A stretch of 64,000 nucleotides of DNA from Piedraia hortae CBS 480.64 (Eukaryota). The first letter of the stretch is position 1; every line of letters starts with the position of its first letter. A model generated the notes under the pieces. It worked only from the letters and a program-made list of their open reading frames with translations. It was not told where the DNA came from and ran no database searches. Below, piece after piece: positions 22,644 to 34,989 of the stretch. The stretch covers positions 1 through 64,000 of the forward strand of contig MU006028.1 of assembly GCA_010093745.1 (NCBI GenBank), read 5' to 3'. The position numbers were made by a program, and so were the translations under genes.

Positions 22644-24554
22644 TGTAGGGGGTGGGCATTTGGGTGGGTAGGTTTAGGTATGTCGTGATAATATGATGCT
22701 TATTGTTTGCGGGCGAGTTCTTGGTGGGTAAGAGTCTATGATCGTGTGAGGCTTTATCAATGATCATGTTGTAGGCAAAAGTTGTCAGCGAATGGCCGTG
22801 ACAAGTCTGAAAGTGATTTTCTTCCCGTTAGAGCGCATATTTTCACCAGTGTGAACTGTCGAGGCTTCGGGGCCGGATACTGCAAGTGTGGCTACTTTCT
22901 GCTGCCTCTGTAAGGCGACATGATGTATTGACTAGAAGAGTCTGACTGGTATGTTTGCTGGGTGCTTGGATTGACGTTGCGGTTGGTGCAGGAAAATCCA
23001 TCCTTGTGTAACTACCAAAACCGGGTTGACCATGAAACAACTTTAGTACTTACCTTCTTCATTAGGAAAAATCGAAAATACCTATCTTCGATATTTGCCT
23101 AGTAAAATACATCGCTGTTGGCTTTTTGGGTTGTCTAATGTTCATATGTAAAACCCCTGATCTTGTAAAACATGTAAAAAGGGGCTGTCGCTCTGACAGG
23201 TGAAGTCCGATGTGACATGCGGAATTTTTCCACCTTGTTATGCATATCTGGATGTCGGAAAAGCAGGCGGATAGCCGCTCAGCGCTCCTGATCTGAAAAC
23301 TAGACCGGTGATGAAAAAACTGTTGAAAATGGTTGCAGATGTTGAAGACGCTTTCTTTCCTCGAAATTTGCCTTCGCGCATACCAAAGCCATGACGATAT
23401 CTCTTCTTTTGCAGAAATTTTGGGAGGCGCAAAAGCCGCCCGCACTGGGTGGAAATTGAGATGTTTCTAGCTCGATCCAAAAGTTCACGATCAAAGTCCA
23501 AGCTGCAAGTCGTTAAGTACCCTGAAAACTGCAAAGATTTGAGCAGGTTTGGGTGTATGGTGCGCCGTTTGGGCTTGTGAAAGTGCGCATTGACGCTTGA
23601 GATTAATGTCATGTGTGCACTGCCAGTTCTTCCGAGAAGTCCCTTGAGGGTATCTATAAGGGTAGAAGACTTCCCAGCAAGCTTGAGCCTGTCTCTACAG
23701 AGCTATGCTGGCGACAACCGTTTTTGGCCACAGGCGGAAGAATATAAATCGCGCTCGAATTTCAGAATCGGGAAGCATTAGCTTACAGAGATTCAAGACC
23801 AAGCACTTAAAGACTGGAGTTTTGACAATAAAGACAATAGCTGTCTTATCCCGTTTTACAATATCTCGCTAGGGACAATGGCAAGCTCTGGGATCGCAAG
23901 GCGGAAGTGGACGGAAGGTTTCCGGAGCCAAAATCGTCCGTTTAGTCGGTCGTGGCGAGATAAACTGTGCGTTGATAGCGTGCACAAAATCAATGGAAAC
24001 TGCTCCCGCTATGCTGCAACATATGGGCTGATAACAGGGCCCTCATGCTGACTTGCACGGTTTTCCAGAACGAGACCAAATTCGGGGTTGCCTGACACAT
24101 ATCATGGGAATCTATGGCCCAAATTAGGTCACATTTTTTTCTTCGTAGTTGACGATAACTGTCGCATCAACGATGATTTTGCGCAACAAGCCAGCATTCC
24201 ACTTATAGCAGGCACAAGTGGCCACACGCTTGTGCTAGAGAGTTTCTACTGATGGTAGCCATGCACCCCGAAAGGAGAATTACCGTGCATGTGCATGCAT
24301 GCCGTGGTTTGAGGGATAGTACAGCAACTGGACAACTTTTACAAAAGGGCACAAATGGAGCAATAATCCACAAACGTAATGACCAAACCACAACCAAGGT
24401 CTGCGCAGTAATCAAGTCAATTCTGTAAGCCGCCACACTTAATCACAGGCGAGGGCAACCGTAAGCGGGGTGAGCGCATTGTAAATCATATGGCACTAGG
24501 AAATCATACGACACATTCATGCAACATCAAAAGACATTGGTACTAAATCTATCA

Positions 24555-25040
24555 ATGACGATGTCGGTTTTCGCGTATCTCGATGACATCCTCATCTTTA
24601 CGTCTGGCTCGCTCCAAGATCACAGAGATGGTCTTAGTGGTCTTGGAGCGAGCCATACTATTCAGCGTATGGATCAAGCAGGACTGCGGCTAAATCTTGC
24701 AAAGAGAAATTCTATGCTGGTCATAGAATCTGGATGGATCCCTCCTAGATTGTCACCATTAAAACCTAGGATACACCTCAAGCAGTCAAGTCGGTCTGCT
24801 CCTTTCTCGGCTTCGCCGACTACTACAGGGAATTTATTCGCGACTATTCAGTCGCAACATAGCACCTTACGACCCTCACGAAGAAAGATGCAGAGTTCCA
24901 ATGGACAGTACACAGTCAGAAGACCTGAAATCTTTCTTTTGCTCAGATGATCTCCGTGAATAGGGAACCTTGAGGCGGAGACGCTACTAGAAACGCACGC
25001 GTCGGACAGTGCGGTCGGAGGCGTCTTGTCCCAGGTTGGC
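24555..25040 (+). mobile_element. Degenerate Ty3/gypsy RT-RNase H fragment
   Basis: 'VFAYLDDILIF', 'FLGFADYYREFIRDYS', 'LETHASDSAVGGVLSQ' in shifted frames. Confidence 0.85.
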
Positions 25041-25569
25041 GACCAAATCTTGCAACAACCCGTCTCTTCATTAATGGGGGTGAAGAGGCACTTAGAGCCT
25101 GTATCGGAAGACCTGGATCCTACTAACATCCTCATACGGCCAAGAAAGAGACCAAAAACACACAAGGCCAGTGCCCTTTCCGTGGCAGTCCTGCACGTCA
25201 AATACTGTCCTTAACTTGGGCGTACGAAACAAAGATGTATGAGAACACGAAGTCGGTGGACATCAACCTGGAGAGTGACAAGCCAAAACTCTCATATGTA
25301 TGTATATGACCACTTTCGCCGAGGGAACCAGGCCGCGCGGAAGAAGTGCGTGTGTGTCTAGAGACAATGCAGGTACTGGAGGTCGTGATTACAAATTGCT
25401 GGAAGAAGATCCAGTCCATCCCGATGATACTAGCTGCCCTTCTAGATCCAAGTCGATCGCCGACCAAAGGAAACGCCAGAACTGATGCGCAGATTTTCTA
25501 GCCTGGCTAAGGAAAGACAAGATCGACGGGTGTACCCTGGTTGGTAGAGCTCATGAGCCGCCTTGGCCC

Positions 25570-25800
25570 CTATTCAGACGATGCAATATGGGCTGCTCGT
25601 CGTAACGATCTGCTCATCTGGTGGTCGATGCACTACGGGGATGAACTTTCTGAGCTTGCTCAAAAGGACTCATGAGGTGTATGAATTTCTGGGGCATCAG
25701 AGTGCCACTAATCAGCATTTGGATATATTCATAGCAAGGTCGGAAACCGTCTTCTGAATAGCACGGCGGAGAAGCTGGTTCATATCTACTGCAACTCCGG
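25570..25800 (+). mobile_element. hAT transposase C-terminal dimerisation-domain relic
   Basis: 'DLLIWWSMHYGDELSELAQK' followed by 'SAFGYIHSKVGNRLLNSTAEKLVHIYCNS'. Confidence 0.75.
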
Positions 25801-26448
25801 GAAGAACGAACGCGGTCCAGGCGAAGAGAGGGAAAGACTTCCCTGTTCGAAGTCTCACCTGGGCGAAACGGCGTCGAAGCAAAACACAGCCGAGGACTGG
25901 CTCCGTCAGCAGGACGAGGCAGCGGTTGCTGTGGAGGAACAGATGGCAGCAGCGCGTGAAGCTAGAGCCAAAGAATTGTGGCTGAAGGCGATGCCCTCTC
26001 TAACATGGAAGGAGAAAGAAGCTGCCGTGAGAGCACTATCTAAATTTGCCGTCTGGGTCCACAGTGTCGCTTGTGGATGAGCAGTGCAGGGGCAAGGCAA
26101 AATTTTCCGGGTGGACAAAGCGAGGACACCCTAAAGACGTATTTCGGAATGATGAGAGGCTCCCGATCATCTATATTTACTCAGGTAGCTTTTGCATTGC
26201 ACGTAGTCTCCTTTGGAGGCATGGGTGGCGTTTCTATAACGTCTTTCTTGCTCACTTATCGAAACATGCCATGCTCGGCACCTATATGGCAACTACTTCT
26301 CCCCTCCCGGTCCATCAATCCTCTACATTGCTCTGATCTGAACCAAATCCAAGCCAAATTTAAACTTCCAAAACGCCACTGATCTCAGTGGCTTTCCCTT
26401 CTCTCAACCCTGACCGTCAACGAAGCCCCTCCACTTCCCTCCACAAAC

Positions 26449-27232
26449 ATGTCCCCCCCACGCAAAGCCCTCATAGCAGTAACCTCCGCGCACGCGCCGC
26501 TGTACCGCGATGGCTACGAAACCGGCCTCTTCATAACCGAAGCTCTGCACCCTTACAATGTCTTCACCTCCTCCGGCTTCGACGTCGACCTCGTTTCCGA
26601 AACCGGGACATACCACGTCGACTGGCTCTCCCAAACTCCCGATTGGCTCAAAGGTTCCGACCGCACGATCTGGGAAGATAAAACCAGCGCATTCCGTAAA
26701 TCCCTCGACAAAGGCCTCAAACCATCCGACCTAAACGCAAAAGACTATGGCCTCTTTTTCGCGTCCGCGGGTCATGCTTCGCTGATCGATTACCCCTCTG
26801 CTAAAGGCCTCCAGGAGATTGCGGCTAGGATTTATGAAGGTGGGGGGGTTGTAGCGGCTGTGTGTCATGGTGGGGCGATTTTTCCAGGGATTGTTGATTC
26901 GAAAACGGGAAAGTCGGTGATTAGTGGGAAGAGGGTTACAGGGTTTACGACGAAGGGGGAGGAGGAGGAAGGTGTCCTAGAGACAATTCAGAAGTGGAAC
27001 CGTCCGACTATTGAGAAGTCGGCTGCGGAGGCGGGGGCTATTTGTAAGTTTTTTTTGGGAGGGGGTTATCTTCTGTTTTGATTGCTGATTTTCTTTGGGG
27101 TGAGTAGATGTTAGTCCCCCCGGACCTTGGGACTCGTTTACGCAGGTCGATGGGACAATTGTCACGGGTGCTAATCCAGCTTCGGCACATGCGACTGCTG
27201 AGAAGGCTGTTGAGACGTTTGAGAAGTTGTGA
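26449..27232 (+). CDS. HSP31: Hsp31/DJ-1/PfpI glyoxalase III family; intron 27044-27107
   Basis: 'ETGLFITEALHPY', 'FFASAGHA', catalytic 'AVCHG', last exon 'VDGTIVTGANPASA'. Confidence 0.93.
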
Positions 27233-27299
27233 AGGAGGGTTTTTGAGATGAGACTCTCGTGCCAATGGCTCTCATAGCTATGTATAGACGGCTATGAGG

Positions 27300-28545
27300 T
27301 TATTTGAAGCTCCTAGTTGTTCTCTTCTTGATCAGATTCAACTGTTTGTCCGGAAATGGCACTGGAGTCTGGATCTTCCTCTCTGAGCCACGCTTGGAGT
27401 TCTTCTTCGTATAAGAAGACTCCCGCATATAAAATTTTAAGGTTCTTGAAGATGTCTGGCCCTTGGCCTTGCAGAGGAGGCATATCAAAGATGTCAGGCA
27501 CACTGCATTCTTTCAGCATGGAACAATCAGGACCCCGACGTATGAGAACTGCGACATCTATGATATCCAAAACCTCCAGAATGAACTACTCCAGGCAGGG
27601 AACACCCTCGGCAAACCGCTGCCAACATTCCTCGGACAGTAAAATAACCTGTGCAGCAGTCCTGACTGTAGATTTAGACAATGTAAAGGCTTGAAGGCGG
27701 CTCAATCGCGCGAGTGAAGCCCTTGCATGTGCGTCGATAATGGGGCCCTGATTATCCGAGACTTCGACCGCTCCGGGATACGTTTCCGGATCGATGAGGA
27801 ACAGTGTCAGAATTTCCAAGGTATTTACCACCGTGAGGGCATCGAAAAACGTGGGTGAAGCCTCCGAAAAGCCGATGCTAATAGAAGTTGCTGCTTAGTT
27901 TTGAAAATTGCGTTATGATGCCCGGTGTGATGGGCACATAAAGTCATGGATTAGGCCCACGTGAGTGTCTTTGTGCATACTCAGCTTACGCAAAGTGCGT
28001 TTGTGCAAGAGGTCGAGGAGCCTGATTCTAGGGAACCGACAGGGATAATACTCATGGAAACCCCAATCTGTGAAGTCCCCATCACTGAGATCTCGACCTG
28101 CGAGATCAATTCCTTCTAACGCGTCAAGTCGCTTGACCAAGTTGAACAGCAATGCCAGGCAGCCGCTATATGATTTGATCCTCAGCTTAACAATGTTGTT
28201 CGTTATACTAGGGAAGCATTCTCTATCGTCATTGAACGTCATGCTGCAATTTTCTCCACAGCGTTGCAAGCCCCAATTCCCTGGATACATATGGACTTTA
28301 GATGTGGGGAATTGCACATAGGATGCTGCAACCAACCACCACGACTAATTCCACCACGAAGTTTGCAAGCTCCTGGTGTGCTGGGATGGGCACTCGTTCC
28401 AGCATACGAGTACTGGCACGCAGCTACAGATACTCCCGTCCGAGTCCAACCCAGCCTCTGCACACCGATATGAAGCTTTGTAGCGCAGAATGATCGTCCT
28501 CGAGGTTGGCCGCAAACTTTAGCAGGAGTTCAGGTGGAAGAAACG
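27300..28545 (-). pseudogene. Decayed F-box/LRR-like gene
   Basis: 'FLPPELLLKFAANLEDDHSALQSFISVCRGWVGLGREYL*' is F-box-like. Downstream fragments with LRR-like LxxL spacing lie in several frames with stops. Confidence 0.55.
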
Positions 28546-28611
28546 ATTATGAGCGCTGCTGCTACTGCCGCATTTTCCGAGTACGAGGTCGTGTATATAC
28601 GACTTTGAATT

Positions 28612-28985
28612 TATAGCGATAAGGCTCTCGTTGATGGGAGCGCGCAGCGTCCCGAACTAAGAGGACAAAGCGATAGACGGAAATTGACAACAGGGACAGG
28701 ACAGATTTAGATTGATATGATTCAATACCAATGTCGAGATGACAGCGTGAATGACTCTCTATCTCAAAATGAAGGGACGTTCAGAATAAAAATTCTGTAC
28801 CGGTGCACCGGTGAAATCACGTCGTACACTAGCAGGGCGCATTCGCCATGTCACATATGACATGAACCTCAGAGGAAACCTCTGTGAGGGACAAACCTAG
28901 GGTGCAGCTGGTAGTTTAGGAGGTATCGCTGACTTGCTAAGCAAGCGCCACGCATACGCGCTAGCGGTGGTGCTTGAATCCAACA
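28612..28985 (+). mobile_element. Solo LTR, family A (diverged copy)
   Basis: Homologous to 56037-56396; ends CCAACA; 5' TG mutated to TA; flanks GAATT/GAATG (4/5 TSD). Confidence 0.85.
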
Positions 28986-31385
28986 GAATGTGCGGCGACG
29001 CGATGTAGACATCCCCGTTGCGCAGTAACGCCTCTGCCGAAGCTTGCTCGTGGGAGGGCTTCATTGCAGTGATCCACAGTTAGCTTGATAAGACATCATA
29101 ATCTCAAATATAATTGGTGTGGATGTGGTAAGTCCTTTACTGCGAAAGTGTGTCGAATAATGTATAGTCCCGAAGTGTGTCGTCAGTGTGTCGGTGTAGA
29201 TATGGTGGCCGGCGAAAGTGTGGAACTCAGTGCCTGTGATTGGGGACTACGAGCTGCGTGTGGTAGAGAGAGACCCACCGACGGGAGCTTAGCCTCCACT
29301 CAGGTGCTGACAGCGTCATGTTTCAGTTCCACGCTTGTCATCCCAGCTGGGATGATACCTCAGATGACAGCTCAATGGCACCTGTCACCTGAACCGTACG
29401 ACTACATCATAACTTTGATCAAGAAAATCTGAGCGATTGTTGGATGTATGGTTTGTATTTCCCTAAAGATCGTTTTCCACGAGGTTGTGGGAGTGTACGC
29501 ATCTCTGGGTCTGTACTGACTCAATTCCATCGAAAATTTGCAAGTCGAAAGTTTGGACAATCAGATCATGCGGTACAGATCCTCGAATGAAATTTACAAG
29601 ACTGCGTGCAATCAATCTGAGGAGGGAGCCATGGTCGAGGGCAGCGGAGAAGTCTCCTTCCCTGCAGGAGCAATGTAAAAGCATGACCTCATCCTCCCTT
29701 CGGAGGATTGACATCCAAAATCTTCGAGAAGCAACATATGGTATTCATAGCCATTTCTGTGCATCATGTGGATCAAATCTAACAAATATCCCGTCACTGT
29801 TGTCCATCACATGAAAGTTCTACGCAATCCATTAATTTGCCACGCTTATCTTCGATAAAGCTGTTGACAAACATGCAATGCCCAGGAAGAAGATCAACAG
29901 ATCGAGGACAAACACGATTCGGGTCAAATTCATTCTTTCTGTCAGAGCATCATAGTACTCCAGATACAATTCCCTTCGCGTAACCGTTCAGTAGCTTACC
30001 GAATGCGTATAGAGATCTTTGGTACTTTGCACTTGGCAGTGGGCACCATGGAGATGAAGAAACGACGCATTGTCAGCCAAATACACTTGGATATATGTAA
30101 CCGCCCTTGTCCGAAATCACAGTCATCTCTTAATTCTGGTCACTCGAGTGAGCGAGCGACAGTCATGAACGTCCTTCACGCTTTTAACGTCTCACGAGCG
30201 AAGATGGCAGTGCGCAAGAAAATGCCGATTTCCAAGCGATTTTGCTCATGCGGTACCAAATGCCACTGCGACCAATCGTTTGTTGGAAGACAGCTGTTGC
30301 GTAGCGTAATCTTTCTGAAGATTGAGTTTTTACAAAGTTATGTTTTCTGATGTTCAGCAGCGAGCTTATATACAAGTAGCTTCTTTGTTCAGACAGTCTT
30401 GAATATCACTCCATTGCCCCACTGTCCTCTTATTATGCTCTTTGAGCATTTTGCTAAACAGGATATTTCTTTGTATGGTCTTTGTTATCAGGCCGAGGTA
30501 TGGCACTGATACTTCTCAAAAACATCGTTCAGTTTTGTACACCTAGTACTTGAGTCCTCAATGAAGTGTTTCCATCCATGCTGACTAAAGCGAACAGGAG
30601 AACCGATATCCAAACATCAAAACAAGAACATCAAGTACTAGCCATCATCCAACATTACGTGACGAAGCCAACAGGCACAAACTCAACAGACTCAACAAAC
30701 GCCAAGGCATCGACTACAGCCTTTCAAGGAACAAAAGGAGATTATTGTCCTTCGATAGCAGGATTGAAACCGAAAGAATTCCCCCAACGGACTGGCCAAG
30801 CCAACGCCACACAAGAGATGTTACCACTTTCATCACGAAGCAGGGGTCATGCCCTACGCACATAAATGGATACTGGCGAAGAGCAGATGTTGGATGGCAG
30901 CAATGGCAGCATGGGACAATGAAAATGTGATCCCAGCCTATTGTTGGCAGACTCCGTGCAAAATATGTCTACACAATGTCTAATGTTAACCCCTTTCCTC
31001 AACAGGCCCTATCCCAATTCTCACAAATGAAAAAACTCTCCACCCAGATTCTGAAACACCTCGTCAATAGGTGGCTGTTAGCCTGAGATAAATGAGTCAC
31101 CGAACTTCCCAGAGTTTTGACCTCGACAAGGATATTTGCGTTGCGGCGCTGTTACGTCACATGCGGCCCGGGTTGTGCTGCGACGTGGGGCAATCTTGGC
31201 ACACACTTCTTGCCCCTCGCTCCCCTTTTCCCTCTGACACACAACCACGCAACGACAATGACACATGTCATTGATCAATCCACCAAACGCCACATCCGAG
31301 AAACGTGAGTATAATTTCTTCACATTTCCTCTCCTTGCCGCGCCGGTGGAGGCGTCCTGGCGTAACTCTCAACACAGACGCTGAC

Positions 31386-31612
31386 TGTTACGGCGAGGCT
31401 GTGTGTGCGCGGAACGACCCGCGCCGCCTAAGCGCATAGGGAATTGATACATCGACGCGCCCTGCTAGTTATTCATAGTTACGCTCGCTACCACGCACGA
31501 ATGAACGGCGCTTCTGGATTGGTTTATAGTATCCTAGCTTCCCAGTAGATAGCAGTCTGGATTGTCCTCGTTGTTGGGACTTATTGAACCTTTTCCTCTG
31601 AGCACCGTAACA
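31386..31612 (+). mobile_element. Solo LTR, family B (227 bp)
   Basis: TGTTACGG...CCGTAACA termini; perfect 5-bp TSD CTGAC; near-identical to 54713-54940. Confidence 0.92.
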
Positions 31613-32916
31613 CTGACGTCTACCAGCTCGTCCTGGTTGCACTGTGGTTTTTCATATCTGCAGAAAATGCCTGAGGCGTAATGTTCGACGCGAAAGCCAG
31701 ATGATACCGCTTGTTGAAACAAGCATGCGTGCATTGCAAGCGAACGTGTCATGATGCCAACCCCAATGGCCAGGACGGTCGGCTAAGCGCTACAGCCCGC
31801 CAGAGTGCTATTGCTCACTGGCACTGAATGAGCAAACTGCCATGTCAATGTATGGGGCACAATGGCAGCAAACAAACACATTTGGATTCCACCGCTCGGG
31901 TGAACACGCCTTTCGTCCTGACGGAGTCTTCACATGATGGGCAAATGACAGCTACAGCATCATACTGTCCCGTGCCGTTTTGGAACGCAGAAACAGGACA
32001 ACCATCATGGAGAAATCCGAAGAATGTCGATCGGCCACAGCGCCCACGACGACGTGTGAGATAGGTGCCCTGGACCAGCGGCGATCCAGACGACCCAAAA
32101 AAACAACGTCGATACACTTAGCAAAAGATGAAGAACTAGGCGGTCCCGGCCCACCGGCCTGTAACAGCGTGCCAAATGCGTACAGCGTGCGCGAAGATAT
32201 GGTGCTGTACGGGGCCGGTTCAACGAGGAGCTGGATGTTAATACAGTGACCGCAGCGCTTTGAAAACCCTTACTACTTTGAGGTAGCATCACGCGACACC
32301 TCACCGACGACATCTCGTCACACCTCCATGGGTATTGAGCTCTATGGATGATGATGATACAGACTCAAGGGATAAATAGACCAGATAGTTCAGACGATGA
32401 TGATGAGGGATGATGTGGCAACGGTGATGGAGGCCGATTGGGCCAATCGCACTGAAGATCAATTGGATGCTGAGAACTCGACAACCTGCAAACTCTATGA
32501 GAGTTTTGAGCTGTACAGAGGAAGATTTTCTGGCGGGGCTAGATTCGGTACATTCAACTCTATGGAGCTCAGACGGTCAGAGTTTTATGCCGCGAGGGAA
32601 TAGAATGCTGGTGGGATGTGTAGAACCTGGTAGGTATAAAATGAATTACTCGCATGGCAATCGTGGGTGGCTGTGTAACGGTAAAAATGCAGCAGGAATA
32701 AAGTTCATCATCGTCAATATACGATGTCACTTCCGCCACAAATGCGTATTTCCGCACCCACGGAAGACCAGGCAATAAAACGCACAAAGTGATCTTTTCA
32801 ATACCACTACAATTGCCCATTATGCACTACGCACTACGCACAATCCTGCCCATGGCATTTCCTGATCTCTGACACTGTCAAACCAATCAAGGCTCAACCT
32901 TTGGTATCTAACCCAT

Positions 32917-34989
32917 CTACCCCCCCTTCTCATTTGCCTTCCGCTCAATTTGTAACTTCACTTCCTCCTGTAGTGCCTGAATCTCCGTTCGACAACCCTG
33001 CCAACACGATTTCCAATCGCCAACAAGACAATAAAACAAACGCTCCTTGAGATCCAAACTCAACCTCACACAGATACTGAGGCTCTGCAATGTCATCTTA
33101 TTCGACCGCTTCTTACCAAGCATCGAGTTCAGATGGCGCGTCATCGCAAACAGCAGGTAATAGTTGCACGGGTGAAGCTGTGACAAGATGTCACGCATGC
33201 GCTGAGGGACGGGATTGCCGACCATCCACCCTTTCTCCAGCTCTTCGGTGAGTTCATTCTGCATGTCGTGTGGTACCACTGGCGTGGGAATGTTGTTAAA
33301 CCACTTCTTTAGGAGACTTGAGATTTCATTGGGGTCGTTAAGCTCCTGTTCAAGAGGAAGTTCAATATCAAGCTCACTGTCGAAGCGGTTCTGCCAGTAG
33401 AGAACGCGCTCTGCGCTGCCAGGTATGCGGTATAGACCCTCATCATAAGAATGATCCGCCAAGTATTCGATGCAGCGACATGGGAGACTCGGTATCCAGA
33501 ACTCAATACTGTCGTGGCATTCGGCTGGTGTTTTCCCGTTGCGGGTCATGCGTGCTTGCTCGACCAGAGGCAGGATGAGAATCTTCAAGGTGTAACCATT
33601 TTCAGACAATGGAGTAGCCTGGTTGACTTTGTTGTAGCCACTACCGATGTTGTGGCTGTAACTACTGCGTCCAAACTTGCCAATGCGTGCGAAGACGTTG
33701 CCGGCGGCTTTAGCCAACATCTGCCTGCTACGCTTGGTCGGGCTGCCGATATGGCCTTCAGTCTTTTCAGGTACTTTGCCAGTAGGCTTCGGGTCGAATG
33801 CATCCTTCTCTGCATCATCGCCAGAATTGTCTTTTTCCTTGGGAAGCTTGTTTTGTTCATTTTCAGCTGTAATTTTGGACGTGTCGGCCTCCGCTCCAGT
33901 GTGGTCGCCTAGTTCCATGCGCTCTGAAGAGTGGGGCTCTAGGTGCGTAGAATCGGCACCATCGTCTCTCTCCGTGGGATTGTCATGCCCCTTGATAGTT
34001 TCAGCGTACTCATTGTACCATTTCGAAATTTGAGCCTGGCAATAAATCCACTGCTCAACCATATTTTGGAATCCATCTTCCGAGGCGGCAGTAGGAGTGC
34101 TCTTGCTGTATGGCACAGAGCGTTCCCCGCTTGTTCCTAACATCGCAGAGTGAGCAGTGAAGGCGTTGAGACTACCAAGGCAGGTGTATCCCTCGGGATT
34201 CTTAACGCGCACAGGCGACGTAGGGGAATCATGTTTCTCCTCTTGGCCTGCATCTTCACCCGTCTTGGGTCCACCTTCAGGCGAAGCCTTCTCTGCGAGG
34301 TTAGGCTGTGGCGCATCGACTTCGAGTCTACCCTCGTCAAACAGCTTGGTGGCATGTTTGCCATCATCATTGCCCGAGAGTGGCTCTGTCGAGCGCTTGG
34401 TCTCAATGACTTTCAAGTCGCCCACCCTACAACCATCAATCTGCGGGTACTCTGGGAAGTGGTAATCTTCCATCCAGTTGAGCGGATTATTAGCAGCAAG
34501 GGCGGCTTGTCCACGAGAAGCCGAAGGGTGACAATATGCCCCCCGCGCTCTATCCTGATTAAGGTGGCGTGCTGAAGAATATATCTTCAAAGATGGGTCT
34601 TTATCTTCATGGCCGTGTGCAATGCATTTGCCCTTATCAATATCTCCGACAGGTTCTTTGACTTTTTGCGGATCATCGACTATGTCAATCTGATCCGGCG
34701 GGGGCATGGTAGCGTTCGAAGCGTTCGTAATGTCAGAAGTACCACGGTGCTTTCCACGACCAAAAAAATTGGCAATTCGACCCGACATATGCAAGTTCAG
34801 AGCCTGGTTATTTACCGGCTGCGAATCAGTGTGGTTGTCATGAACGTTCTGGTTTTCATCTGAAGCCCCCTGCAGTGTCATCTTCGGATCCGTAGACTTG
34901 GATCGTTTGAAGAACAAGCTGGGCTTCTTCTTAGGCGAACGACTAACCGCGTTTCGCGAATTGGCTGCACGACCTCTTGACTCGACCAT
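32917..34989 (-). CDS. RhoGAP-domain protein (divergent)
   Basis: C-terminal 'EFWIPSLPCRCIEYL..DEGLYRIPGS..ISSLLKKWFNNIP..NKMTLQSLSI'; long low-complexity N-terminus. Start uncertain. Confidence 0.85.
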   Translation of the reverse strand: MVESRGRAANSRNAVSRSPKKKPSLFFKRSKSTDPKMTLQGASDENQNVHDNHTDSQPVNNQALNLHMSGRIANFFGRGKHRGTSDITNASNATMPPPDQIDIVDDPQKVKEPVGDIDKGKCIAHGHEDKDPSLKIYSSARHLNQDRARGAYCHPSASRGQAALAANNPLNWMEDYHFPEYPQIDGCRVGDLKVIETKRSTEPLSGNDDGKHATKLFDEGRLEVDAPQPNLAEKASPEGGPKTGEDAGQEEKHDSPTSPVRVKNPEGYTCLGSLNAFTAHSAMLGTSGERSVPYSKSTPTAASEDGFQNMVEQWIYCQAQISKWYNEYAETIKGHDNPTERDDGADSTHLEPHSSERMELGDHTGAEADTSKITAENEQNKLPKEKDNSGDDAEKDAFDPKPTGKVPEKTEGHIGSPTKRSRQMLAKAAGNVFARIGKFGRSSYSHNIGSGYNKVNQATPLSENGYTLKILILPLVEQARMTRNGKTPAECHDSIEFWIPSLPCRCIEYLADHSYDEGLYRIPGSAERVLYWQNRFDSELDIELPLEQELNDPNEISSLLKKWFNNIPTPVVPHDMQNELTEELEKGWMVGNPVPQRMRDILSQLHPCNYYLLFAMTRHLNSMLGKKRSNKMTLQSLSICVRLSLDLKERLFYCLVGDWKSCWQGCRTEIQALQEEVKLQIERKANEKGG

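Noticed and set aside
23062..23612. Overlapping - strand ORFs, possibly a pseudogene
   Set aside because: No assignable motif.
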